Below are positions 40,894 to 51,796 of a stretch of 64,000 bases of DNA, in pieces. The stretch covers positions 402,724-466,723 of the forward strand of contig CAVYXJ010000010.1 in NCBI GenBank assembly GCA_963772455.1, read 5' to 3'. The stretch comes from Candidatus Bathyarchaeota archaeon (GTDB lineage: Archaea; Thermoproteota; Bathyarchaeia; Bathyarchaeales; Bathycorpusculaceae). Below the pieces are notes generated by a model that was not told the origin of the DNA, made no database searches, and saw nothing but the letters and a program-made list of their open reading frames with translations. The stretch's first letter is position 1. Each line of letters opens with the position of its first letter. The position numbers were made by a program, and so were the translations under genes.

Positions 40894-41718
40894 ATGGAAC
40901 AAGAAAATATTGAAGACCCCCCTTCTGAAAAAACCAGTGCTTCAGCCCCAAGTAGATCCATTTGGTCAGGAAACATTACGATTGGCTTAGTTAATGTTCC
41001 CGTTAAATTGTTCTCAATGATTTACGATAAGGGTATAGCATTTCATTTTCTGCACAAAACTGATGGTCAACCATTAAAATACGTTAAAATGTGCACTAAA
41101 GACGACAAAATAGTGCCTTGGAACGAGGTAGTAAGAGGATACGAAGTATCAAAAAATGAATTCATAACATTCGATCAAAATGAACTCAACCAAGCTAAAC
41201 CCGAATCAGACAAGCGAATTCGCATAAGCAAATTTGTTGATTATTTCTCAGTTGACCCAGTTTACTTTGACAGAACGTACGCTTTATTGCCAGACAAAAG
41301 CAAAGATGCCTACGGGCTGCTTTTAAAGGCACTTGAAAAAACCAACAAAGCAGGGGCAGGCAGAATCACGTTACGAACGAAAGAATACCCAGCGCTTCTT
41401 CACACATACAAAGGCGCCTTAGTCTTAACAACGCTCCGATACTCATACGATGTAGTAAACCCAACAGATTTTGAACCCCTGCACAAACTTGAAACACCCC
41501 CGAAAGCGGAATTAGATCTTGCAGTAAAAATCGTAACTGACCTATCAGGGGAATTCGATATAACAGAATTCGAAGACACATACCAGAAAAGAATCAAAGA
41601 ACTGGTAAAACAAAAAGTTAAAGGCGAAAAAATTCACATTGAGAGACCTCCAGAAGTTGAAGCCAAGGGACTCATGGTTGCACTTCGAGAAACGCTCAAG
41701 CAGTTGGAGACGAAATGA
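40894..41718 (+). CDS. ku: Ku protein (NHEJ DNA end-binding)
   Basis: RSIWSG.I.IGLVNVPVKL, VRGYE, DPVYFDR.Y.L.P, FEDTY, LM.ALR; no basic C-terminal extension. Confidence 0.95.
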   Translation: MEQENIEDPPSEKTSASAPSRSIWSGNITIGLVNVPVKLFSMIYDKGIAFHFLHKTDGQPLKYVKMCTKDDKIVPWNEVVRGYEVSKNEFITFDQNELNQAKPESDKRIRISKFVDYFSVDPVYFDRTYALLPDKSKDAYGLLLKALEKTNKAGAGRITLRTKEYPALLHTYKGALVLTTLRYSYDVVNPTDFEPLHKLETPPKAELDLAVKIVTDLSGEFDITEFEDTYQKRIKELVKQKVKGEKIHIERPPEVEAKGLMVALRETLKQLETK

Positions 41719-43175
41719 GTCGCCACATTTACCGCCCAATGCTTGCAAAGGTTGCCGAAGAAGCTTTTTCAGATAAAGAATGGTTTTTTGAAGTAAAATG
41801 GGACGGATTTCGAGCAATTGCCTACATTGAAGAATCTTTCAGCCTCAAGAGCCGTAACGAAAAAGAACTTAAAGGCAACTTTCCAGAACTGCAGGAACTA
41901 AAAAAACTTGCCAAAAACATAGTTGTTGACGGCGAAATCATCGTTATGCGAGAAGGCAAACCCGACTTCCAATCGTTGCTTGAACGCGGGAAAGCTGTTT
42001 CTGAAGGAGAGATTCAAAGGCAAGAAAATCGGTTACCTGCAATCTACATTGTTTTTGACATCTTAGAGAAAGATGGAAAATCCCTAACTAAACTCCCATT
42101 GACTGAACGAAAAACAATCCTTAAAGATTCTCTAGTGGAAGGCTCAAACGTAATTTTATGTGATTTTATTGAGGAAAAAGGCGAAGCCTATTTTCAATCA
42201 GTTTTAGAAAAGGGCTTAGAAGGGGTAGTGGCAAAAAAGAAAGATAGTCTGTATGAAGAAGGTTTGCGGACTGGGAGTTGGCTAAAAATAAAAAAACTCA
42301 AAACATGCGATTGTATAATTTTCGGTTATACCAGGGGCAGCGAATCAAGAGGAGCAACCTTTGGAGCCCTTCTCATAGGCGTATACGACGAAAAAGGTAA
42401 GCCAATTTATCTAGGCAAAGTTGGAACGGGTTTCACGCAAGAGATGATTAGAATTTTAGTTGATAAATTTGAAAAAATAACAACAGAAGCTCCACCATTT
42501 AAGCCGGAAGTTGGCGATGTTGTGTATTGGCTTGAACCAAAACTTGTCTGTGAAGTTGCCTACCAAGTGGCTACGAGGGATCTAAGATTACGTATGGCAC
42601 GTTTCAAACGTTTAAGAGATGACAAACCACCTGAACAATGCACCATTGATCAAATAATCGAGATTAAGAAAACAGAAGTCGACGAAACTAATGATAAGAC
42701 AAGGCAGAAAAGTGAAGAAGAATCCGAAAAGCTTTCAGAATACTCTAAAAAACGCCACTTCGAAGAAACACCCGAACCCATAGCCACAATAGAAAAAAAA
42801 GACGGTAAACTAATTTATGTAATTCAAGAGCACCATGCAAGAGCTCTCCACTTTGACCTTAGATTGGAAAAGGATGGTGTGTTAAAAAGTTGGGCTGTTC
42901 CAAAAGGAATCCCTGAAGGTCCGGAAAAACATTTGGCAGTGGAGGTTGAAGATCACCCTTTTGAATACGCAAGTTTTGAGGGCACAATTCCTAAGGGGCA
43001 ATATGGTGCCGGGACAGTAAAAATCTGGGACAAAGGGCACTACGAGCCTAAACTCTGGGAAAAAGACAAAATTGAAGTTACCCTAAATGGTGAACGTCTC
43101 AATGGGCGCTACGTTCTGATTCGACTCAAGAGAGCAGGAGAAAAAGATTGGCTCTTGTTTAAAGGAAAAGAATAA
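41715..43175 (+). CDS. ligD: ATP-dependent NHEJ ligase fused to a C-terminal 3'-phosphoesterase domain
   Basis: EVKWDGFR, DGEI, FDILE, EGVVAK, WLKIK, GKVGTGF; then EY..KR.FE.TPEP, QEHHARALHFDLRLE, SWAVPKG, EDHP. Confidence 0.94.
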   Translation: MSRHIYRPMLAKVAEEAFSDKEWFFEVKWDGFRAIAYIEESFSLKSRNEKELKGNFPELQELKKLAKNIVVDGEIIVMREGKPDFQSLLERGKAVSEGEIQRQENRLPAIYIVFDILEKDGKSLTKLPLTERKTILKDSLVEGSNVILCDFIEEKGEAYFQSVLEKGLEGVVAKKKDSLYEEGLRTGSWLKIKKLKTCDCIIFGYTRGSESRGATFGALLIGVYDEKGKPIYLGKVGTGFTQEMIRILVDKFEKITTEAPPFKPEVGDVVYWLEPKLVCEVAYQVATRDLRLRMARFKRLRDDKPPEQCTIDQIIEIKKTEVDETNDKTRQKSEEESEKLSEYSKKRHFEETPEPIATIEKKDGKLIYVIQEHHARALHFDLRLEKDGVLKSWAVPKGIPEGPEKHLAVEVEDHPFEYASFEGTIPKGQYGAGTVKIWDKGHYEPKLWEKDKIEVTLNGERLNGRYVLIRLKRAGEKDWLLFKGKE

Positions 43176-43176
43176 T

Positions 43177-43919
43177 ATGCAAAACCTCCATTTAGGAACA
43201 ATTGGATTTAGCTATAATTTCTGGAAAGGAAAATTTTACCCAAACAAAACTTGTCAAAAAACTACTTGGCTTATTACTCCACGCAATTCAATACAGTAGA
43301 AATTGACAGCAGCTTCTACCGAATTCCAACATCTCAAACAGTAGAAAACTGGAAAAAACAAGTTCCAGAAGGATTTCTTTTCTCGTTAAAATTTCCCCAA
43401 ATAATAACTCACATAAAAATGCTAAAAGACTGCCAATACGAAACTAATATTTTTCTTGAAAGAGCAAGCCTTCTTGAAAAAAAACTTGGAGCTTTACTTT
43501 TGCAGTTTCCACCCAATTTCAGCACAAAACACCTCGCTGACATGGAGTTTTTCTTACAAAAACTGCCTACAATCCATCGTTACGTCGTTGAAGTCAGAAA
43601 CAAAAGCTGGTTAAACCAAGAATTTTATTCAATTTTAAAAGCTAATAACATTGCTTTGGCAACGTCAGATAGCCCACTAATGGCTCAAATCAACGAAGTA
43701 ACAGCCGATTTCCTATATTTTAGATGGGAAGGTGACCGAAAAAAAGTCAACGGTACTTTAGGTAAGGCTGAAGCCGACAAATCCAAGGATTTGAAGTTGG
43801 TAGCAGAAAAAATCAAACCTTTCTTAGATAAACAGACAACTCTCTTTGGGTACTTTGGCAAATACTACTCAGGCTACCCCCCCTCAGACATCGTTAGCCT
43901 TCAATCATTAATCAAATAA
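43177..43919 (+). CDS. DUF72 family protein (frameshift near 43250)
   Basis: MQNLHLGTIGFSY..WKGKFYP then YS.QFNTVEIDSSFY, FSLKFP..ITH, LLQFPP, VEVRN. Confidence 0.9.
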
Positions 43920-44018
43920 AGGATATTCACAAATTTCAGCGGGCATTACAAATTAAAAGTCAGGAATGGATTTTAAGCCACAAAACCAATAACAATACGC
44001 AGGAAAGAGTGATCTCCT

Positions 44019-44630
44019 ATGTTCTTTAGACAAATTCAACAACACAGCGACAATTTCTCGTACATTATAGCCGATGAGGATACACTTGACGCAGCAGTTG
44101 TAGATTCAAGTTATAATGCTGACGAAATAATAAAAATAATAAAAAACGAGAAAATTACAATTAAAATACATTGTTAATACACATGGTCACTCTGACCACA
44201 CCGCTGGAAATATAGAACTTCAATCGATCTTTGGAGCAAAAATAGTTGCTCATAAACAAACTAAAATTCACCCTGACCTCCTCAGTGGATGAGGGCAAAA
44301 CACTTAGAATTGGAAAAATATCATTAAAAATTATTTACACACCCGGACACACCGCCGATAGCATCTGCCTCCTTGTTAACGACCAGAAACTGCTAACGGG
44401 CGACACCTTGTTTGTCGGCGAATGTGGAAGAACCGATTTTCCCGGTGGCAACACAATAAGTATGTACGAGAGCCTCAATAGACTTCAAAAACTAAGCGAC
44501 AACATGAAGTTTATCCTGGACACGACTACGGATTAAGCCATCATCAACAATCAGGGGAAGAAAAAAAATCGAACTACACTCTGCAACCACGGAGCTTAAG
44601 GAATTTATCGAGTTTATGAGTCAGCCTTAA
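44019..44630 (+). CDS. MBL-fold metallo-hydrolase (glyoxalase II-like), several frameshifts
   Basis: DNFSYI, NTHGHSDH, TPGHT, TGDTLF, YPGHDY recovered across frames. Confidence 0.82.
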
Positions 44631-45522
44631 CAAGTTTTCTTCTTCTTGGAAATACGACGATTATTACTAAAACAACAATAAACAAGACGATGAATGGATA
44701 AATTTCTGGATGAATCAAGATCTCAAATATGATAATCAAAAACTGAACTACTGAATTATTTGCGTAAGTTTGGGGGGATGAGTTTTGCTGCGAAACAGGC
44801 AATCCATTGTAAGTTATGCTTTTGGGCAAAATTACCTGATTAACCAAACTATTTACTGGGTAAAATGTGGATGAGTATGTTTTCCAGTTAAAAACTGTAG
44901 CTACACCATAGACATCAAGATTGGAGATCTCTATAGTTGGACTTCTCATGTTATAGACTGGATACATCAAATCTTCCGTGTAGTTGCTATGTCCTAAACC
45001 TAAACTATGTCCCAGTTCATGGATAGCAACATTCTGCATGTCTCCTTCATTCAATGTGTCGCCATGGCGAGTGTGTGCGGAAAGTCTAACTGTACAATTA
45101 ATTATAGTGTTTTGGTAGTTTGCAGAGATTTGTGATAATCCAACTTCGTCTGTTGTGTTACTAAAGGGGGACTCAAGCCAATTGATATAAATATCATAAC
45201 CCGGCTGCAAAGTGCTAGAAATTGTCGGTTGAATTCTAAGGCTTGATAAATATGAATAGTCTGAGTAGTTAGAAGCAAAAGTGGCGATCGCATCGTTCCA
45301 CTGACCAATAGCGCGAAGTGAAGTTTTAAGAAAAGTAGAGTCCCACCAAGATTCATTATTTGCTGGTACGATAAGGGCGTTTAATATTGGGTGGTTCCAA
45401 ACAAATCCTTGAAGCTGCAAAGAATATGTGTCTTGACTTTGACCATGAACCAAGCTATCGCTAACATAACATCCTGCCAAAAGCATACTTGCAATCCATA
45501 AAAACAACAAAAATCTGCGCAT
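44614..45522 (-). CDS. Secreted/membrane-anchored matrixin-type zinc metalloprotease
   Basis: Signal peptide, HELGHSLGLGH, Met-turn LMYP, C-terminal TM. Confidence 0.9.
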   Translation of the reverse strand: MRRFLLFLWIASMLLAGCYVSDSLVHGQSQDTYSLQLQGFVWNHPILNALIVPANNESWWDSTFLKTSLRAIGQWNDAIATFASNYSDYSYLSSLRIQPTISSTLQPGYDIYINWLESPFSNTTDEVGLSQISANYQNTIINCTVRLSAHTRHGDTLNEGDMQNVAIHELGHSLGLGHSNYTEDLMYPVYNMRSPTIEISNLDVYGVATVFNWKTYSSTFYPVNSLVNQVILPKSITYNGLPVSQQNSSPQTYANNSVVQFLIIIFEILIHPEIYPFIVLFIVVLVIIVVFPRRRKLVKADS

Positions 45523-45969
45523 GGCGCTTCCTATAATTAGAAATGAAGTCGCCTCCTTTAAGTTTTCTTTGTCTTCAACATTTAAAGTATAACAAGAGCC
45601 TTTAGAAACCTAACCTTAGACCAAAGTACTATTTACAGACAGATAGCCAAAAAGTTCTCTTTAGCTTTAATTTTCAGAGGTGACTTAGGCGAGATAGTTT
45701 AGATACTTTTTTATTAATCTTGTTCTAAACAGTGGGTTTAAACAGACTTACTCTAATCCCTAAAAGAGTACAAACCTTAAAAGGTTCCAAAAATGTATAT
45801 GTGAGACTGTAATGAAAAATAGATTTATCTTCCCTAGCGTAGCTCAATTAGCAAAGTTTAAGGTTATTAAGACTGGTATACCCTTCAAAGCCCAATCAGA
45901 GATAAATCCTATGGTTCACTCATTTACTATCATGTTATTCAGTGAACAATTCAATGGGGCTGGATATCA

Positions 45970-47309
45970 ATGATAGTTTTTGACATTATTTCTATAACAT
46001 TGCTTGCAGTATTACTCTTTTGGACTCTCTACAATGGCTCAATTATATACGTGGGCATAAAGAATAAGCGCAAACAACCAACCTTCTTATCAGATAAATC
46101 AATAGAACTTCCAAAAATTTCATTGATCATCCCAACGAAAAATGAAGAAACCGTCATCCGACGATGCCTCGACGGAATACTGAATATCGATTATCCAAAG
46201 GACAAAATGCAAGTAATAGTTGTGGATGGAAAATCCGATGATAATACATTAACAATATGCTCAGAGTTTTCAGAGAAATATCCTGAAAACATCAAAATTA
46301 TTTCAGAGAAAGACAGCAAACGGTAAACCAGGTGCTCTTAACCTTGCCCTGCCCTACATTAATGGCGAATTAGTTGGTGTTTTTGACGCCGATAGTCTAC
46401 CTGAAAAAGATGTACTTGGCAAAAGTTGCTTTCTACTTCAAAGATCAAAAACTGAAGGCTCTACAAGGTAGAACAACTTCATTGAATGAAAAAAACAACG
46501 CTCTAACAAGAGTTATCGCTATTGAAGAAAGAGCTTGGTTCCAAGCATTGATGAGTGGAAGAGAAAAACTCCAATTATTCGTTCCTTTAACAGGTAGTTG
46601 CCAATTCGTAAGAGCCAATGTACTTAAAGAATTAGGCGGCTGGGATGAAAACTCGCTGACCGAAGATGTTGAATTAGCTTTACGTCTTGTTGAAAGAAAC
46701 CATCATATACAATATGCTCCAGACGTTTGCTCAGGACAAGAAACACCCAACAACATAGGCAGCTTAGTGAAGCAAAGAGTTCGATGGTACCGAGGATATA
46801 TGGAAACCGCCATAAAATATGGGCGACTCCTTGATAACGTGAATAAACGGACAGTTGATGCTGAAATTTCTATGGCAGGACCATTTATGATGGTTGTCTC
46901 ACTTTTAAGTTACATAAACTGGTTTTTTGTTGCATTGTTCCTATCTCAAAGTAACCCAATCATCGACTTCACAGGGTTAGTTATTGCATTAACCGCTGTC
47001 TCACTTGTTTCAGTCGGCATCGCCTTAACTGCGTCTGAGAAACCAATTAAATTAAAAAACCTTCTCTGGATACCTTCGATTTATTTATACTGGCTTATTC
47101 AGATGTTCATTGCTGGTTGGGCATTCTTAAAACTTGTATTTAGACGAAAAAGAGTTTGGACAAAAACAGTTAAAAAAGGATCTCATGGACTCTTTATGAG
47201 TCCGATTAAAATGATTTTTTATATATTAGGATTAATATATTTTGAATGCCATAGAAAAAAAGAGATTTTTATCAAAAGATATAAACTAGATAAATTGTTG
47301 CGAAATTAA
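45970..47309 (+). CDS. Processive GT2 glycosyltransferase (cellulose synthase-like), frameshifted
   Basis: IIPTKNEE, KPGALN, FDAD, LTED, QRVRW motifs across frames; several TM helices. Confidence 0.88.
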
Positions 47310-47536
47310 TTAATAATCTTTTTTTGATTTATTACCATAGTTTTAAATTTCACATATCCGTTAAAGCTATTAGTTATTCTAACCGTATGGTTGGTCGGTT
47401 AAGTGGAGAGGGAAATAGGAATTAAAAACCAAAATAGATAGTTTCATTAAGAAGTCTAACTTAATGAAGAGCAAAAAGTTTAATCCATTCGCAGTCTTTT
47501 ATAACTGCATTTTCTAACATTTCTTTAAACAAATAC

Positions 47537-48984
47537 GTGATAAAAAAAGCTTTTGTGGGGCATGGTCTATTGAAACTTAACATGAAATCAGGCTCAATTT
47601 TGGCCATTGCAATAATAGTAATCATGATAATTTCGGTTTTTGCATCGATTTCAACAAGTACACCAAATAAACCAAATATTATTCAACCTGTAGTAAACAA
47701 TTCAACAAGTACACCCTCACCTACAAGCCAACAAACTACAAGTCCAACTCCAAAACCGTTAGTACTCCAGGATAGCGGTTCTGATTGGAATCCCATTTCA
47801 ATTATAACAGACATTATTGAGCCAACTCCTAAACCTGCCGGCTTGATAGAATCAAATCCAAACGTTAACACTCCAGTGTGGAAGACTGTGGCAGCAAATG
47901 CTTGGCAATACTTCCAACCTGATATTGGTGTAGATCCTACTACTGGGCTTCCTAGAGGAAGTTTGGTTTTCCCTATTTCACTGATTGGGATTTAGGTGTC
48001 TATATTCAAGCTATCATCGATGCAAATCAAACTGGTTTAATAGGTAACGATGGCGATTGGGGTTCGAATTCACGAATATCGAAGGTTCTAACGTTTCTTG
48101 AAACTCGGGAACTAAACAATGCTAGTTATCCATTCTGGTTCTACCAAGCCGCGGATGGAAAAAACTATCTTGAAGCCTCATCCCACTCAACAACCAATGT
48201 TGACACAGTTGATAGTGGCAGGTTGTTTGTCGCGCTCAACAATCTTAAATCTTTCAATAATAGCTTGTCACCCCGCATTGACAACTTTGTTTACAATAGA
48301 GGTCCGCAAAATAGATCAGATTATGCTGCTTTAGTGCCAAGCGTTCTAAACGACTGTAAATCATCAACCAGCATCTATACTTATTATTACGCTAGTGGTT
48401 TTGCAAGCTTTTGGCCCAGTGAATTGGCTGGCGCAACCACAATGGTGCTTAATAATATTAATAATGCTGGTACCACCACATCCGGATTGTATGGGGTTTC
48501 TTTGCCTAACGCGTCAATTTCTTGTGAGCCACTTCTTTGCTCAGTTTTTGAGCTCAACAATAATCCTAAGTTAATGGGGCTATCAAGGCAAGTTTACTTA
48601 GCCCATGAAGCAAGGTATAACGCAACAGGGCAATACGTGGCTTTCAGCGAAGGAAACACTATGACAGGGTTCATTTATGAATGGGTTGTGTTGCCAAGCG
48701 GAGAAACTTGGAAAATAATGAATGCTGGAGAGACATCTTACTTAAACATGAATCCTATTATTTACACCAAAATTTCAATGAGTTTTCTGGCTCTTTACAA
48801 TACATCATTTGCACGAAACATGACTATTTATCTTGAGCAAAGCCTTCCGGATTCTGCAAGTGGATACTATGCAGGAGCAGATTATGGTTCAATTGGAAAT
48901 GCACTTTTAATTCTATCTATTGATAGCAACTCTAACGGAATGATTTTAGGTGCCGCCAAATATGCAATAAAGAATAGTTCATGA
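47537..48984 (+). CDS. Secreted DUF3131-like glycoside hydrolase/transglycosylase (one frameshift near 47965)
   Basis: N-terminal TM, Thr/Pro linker, AWQYF....D..TGLP, FTDWDLG, VDSGRL, CEP, AFSEG, GYYAG. Confidence 0.65.
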
Positions 48985-49114
48985 TCAGTAATTCCTTTGA
49001 TTTTTTTTATCTTTGCCTCTTAACGATTTATCTTTTATTAGCGTAAGGGATTTAGGTTGGCGATTGACAGATTTATAAATCTACAATTTCCTTTGCATTG
49101 CTGGAGGTTATTAA

Positions 49115-50626
49115 GTGATTAGGGCTCGTAATTTAGTTGTTTGGGTTCGCCAAAATGGTCACTTAATGCTTCCGTTCTTGGCGTTTGCCATACCGTTAAT
49201 CGTGCGAGCAATACCCGAAATCTTGATGGGACCATATTTGGTTGGTTTTGACAATGTTGGGTATTATGTTCCAAATACTATTACTTGGCTGGGAAACGGA
49301 GTCAGTTTCTGGTCTCTAATGTCATCAGCTCCTCTATTTTACCTGCTTCTAATGGGAATTACTTCAACCGGAGCCCCAATAGTTTTGACTCTAAAAGTAT
49401 TAGGTCCTTTACTTCTTGGGATTCTTGGATTTGTGAGTTATAGCTATTCAAATAAAGTACTCTCATGGTCACCCAAAAAGAGTTTAGTCTTAGCATTAAT
49501 GTCAACCTTGTATTTTGTCGCGTTAAGAATATCTTGGGATATGTTCCGAAGTGAACTTGCATTAATATTTCTTTTTTTAACACTGATATTTCTTAAAAAA
49601 AACGGGAACACTCTGAGAAATGGAATTTTGCTTTCATTAATGATGGCTTTAACCGTTATTTCTCACCAACTTATCGCTATCATCATGTTTGTTATTATTA
49701 TAGCTACAATCGCAAGTTTTTCCTTTAAAAAGAAAAAAACCGAATTGCGTCAGATTATTGTTTGTTCAATCCCCGCTTTTTGTTTGTTTGCGTTAATAAT
49801 TTACATTAATTATTTCGTTTTTTCATCGCCTATTATGGGTTATACAGTTGACTATGCCGGAGGGTTCGAATCACTTGCAGTTGCTTCTCATCCTGAATTG
49901 ATTTTCAATACTTTGGGTTTTCTTGCCATCTGTTACTTGCCCCTGGTACCATTGCTTTTTTTTGGTTTCAGACGTTCTAAGCGTAATATTCAACTTATTG
50001 CTTGGATGTTTTGGATTCTCATCCCCTTATTAATTGTGATGATTAGTCCTACCACCTTCTTCCTTGGTGGTGTCCTTCCATTCCGTTGGATTTTGCTCTT
50101 AACTTATCCGCTGTCTTTTTACGCCGTTGAGGGTCTTTTTGCAATTAAATGGAACTGGTACAAAATAGTTTACAAAATCGTGGTAGGTTTCATAATCGCG
50201 TTTTTAAGCGTGGGTTTTCTAGTTTTACCTAATAGCGGAGCGCTCGAGTACTTCGGTAGCTATCCAACGTATATTCCTAAATCAATGTTGCAGAATACTC
50301 TACAACTAAGCGACTGCCAAAACACCGCTAATGCTCTACTTTGGGCTCAGAACAATATTCCCAGCAACGGTTACCTACTTGTTCATGAAGCATTTTATGG
50401 TTGGGCAACACTTAGCTTCAATAACAGTAGATTAATTCCATACTTCTTCGGAAGTCCAACGGATGCTTTAAACAAATTACAACAAGAAGATAACTCCAAC
50501 CCACTTTTCCTAATTTGGTGGGTTAATGGCACTGGGTGGTACGGGCAATCAAATGTCCCTTCAACATTTAAGGAACTTTTCCAAAGTGGAAATATTGCCA
50601 TCTACCAATATTCAAAAACTAGCTAA
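49115..50626 (+). CDS. Polytopic membrane protein (GT-C-like)
   Basis: About 12 TM helices, GFD..YY in the first loop, soluble C-terminal domain. Confidence 0.65.
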   Translation: MIRARNLVVWVRQNGHLMLPFLAFAIPLIVRAIPEILMGPYLVGFDNVGYYVPNTITWLGNGVSFWSLMSSAPLFYLLLMGITSTGAPIVLTLKVLGPLLLGILGFVSYSYSNKVLSWSPKKSLVLALMSTLYFVALRISWDMFRSELALIFLFLTLIFLKKNGNTLRNGILLSLMMALTVISHQLIAIIMFVIIIATIASFSFKKKKTELRQIIVCSIPAFCLFALIIYINYFVFSSPIMGYTVDYAGGFESLAVASHPELIFNTLGFLAICYLPLVPLLFFGFRRSKRNIQLIAWMFWILIPLLIVMISPTTFFLGGVLPFRWILLLTYPLSFYAVEGLFAIKWNWYKIVYKIVVGFIIAFLSVGFLVLPNSGALEYFGSYPTYIPKSMLQNTLQLSDCQNTANALLWAQNNIPSNGYLLVHEAFYGWATLSFNNSRLIPYFFGSPTDALNKLQQEDNSNPLFLIWWVNGTGWYGQSNVPSTFKELFQSGNIAIYQYSKTS

Positions 50627-50761
50627 AAATTACTTCAACAATCCGATACTCGTGAAATATTGATGCAGGTTATTTGATTTGCTCAATATGTCCAAGTAAG
50701 GCAAATGTTAAATTCAATCATGTTGTAAACCTTTGACAAAAGGAAAGTCTGACAATTAACT

Positions 50762-51054
50762 TTGATAAATTTACGCCGTTACTTCAAGATTATTCGGGAT
50801 TTTGTTGTGAAATCTGTTAAGGAAAATTGGGGGTTTCCATTTATTGTGGGCTTTCTTGCTCTTTTGCTTATTTCAGCAATTCTTTTAGCCTCAGCGAAAT
50901 GGAAATGGTAGATCCTAACGTTCTAATGGCAGACTTTGATAACATTATAGCAATAATCGCTTATTCTCTTCTAGTAATTGGCGTTATATTGCAGCTCGTT
51001 TGTTTTTTCAGAAATAGAAAAAAAATTGAGGTTACATCTGATGGGGCAAATTGA
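50762..51054 (+). CDS. Small 2-TM protein (frameshifted)
   Basis: KENWGFPFIVGFL... continues in another frame as IAYSLLVIGVILQLVCF. Confidence 0.5.
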
Positions 51055-51751
51055 ATTATCATTCGTTATCCCAGCTTACAACGAAGAAGTCTTTATCGAA
51101 GATACACTCGGCGCGTTAGATTTGATTGTAAAAGAAAAAATGACCCAATACGAAATCGTAGTGGTTGATGATGGAAGCCAAGATAAAACTTTTGTTAAGG
51201 CATTAAATTATGCAAAAAACAACAATCATGTAAAAGTTATCCATTATGCCAACAACAATGGAAAAGGATTCGCAATAAAAACTGGGGTATTAGGATCCAT
51301 TGGTGATGTTGTTATTTTTATTGATGGTGACATGGAAATAGATCTAAACACAATTTCTAAGTATGTTGAAGCTTTGGAGAATGCCGACATGGTTATTGCC
51401 ACCAAGTGGCATCCAAACTCGATTGTTTATATGCCTCTCTCCCGGCGATTTCTCAGCCGAACATTCAATGTATTAGTAAGACTACTAATTGGTTTCAATC
51501 TTAAAGATACTCAAGTTGGATTAAAAGTAATGAAAAGAAGTGCTGTTGAAAAAATCTTTCCAAGATTAGCGGTAAAACGTTACGCTTTCGATGTTGAGCT
51601 GTTAGCGTTAGCTCACTTATATAATTTAAAAATTATTGAAATGCCCGTTAAACTCAATTTAGAGTCAACATTTAAGCCAAAAGATGCTTGGCGAATGTTT
51701 GTTGATTTGATAGGAATTGCATACCGACTAAGAGTGATTAAATGGTATTGA
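51041..51751 (+). CDS. GT2 dolichol-phosphate glycosyltransferase-like (copy 1)
   Basis: VIPAYNEE, VDDGS, GKG, DGD, DTQVG, FDVE. Confidence 0.92.
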   Translation: MGQIELSFVIPAYNEEVFIEDTLGALDLIVKEKMTQYEIVVVDDGSQDKTFVKALNYAKNNNHVKVIHYANNNGKGFAIKTGVLGSIGDVVIFIDGDMEIDLNTISKYVEALENADMVIATKWHPNSIVYMPLSRRFLSRTFNVLVRLLIGFNLKDTQVGLKVMKRSAVEKIFPRLAVKRYAFDVELLALAHLYNLKIIEMPVKLNLESTFKPKDAWRMFVDLIGIAYRLRVIKWY

Positions 51752-51796
51752 ACATCAAATTACCCAAAAACAATTTAGGCACTTAATCTTTCTAAG

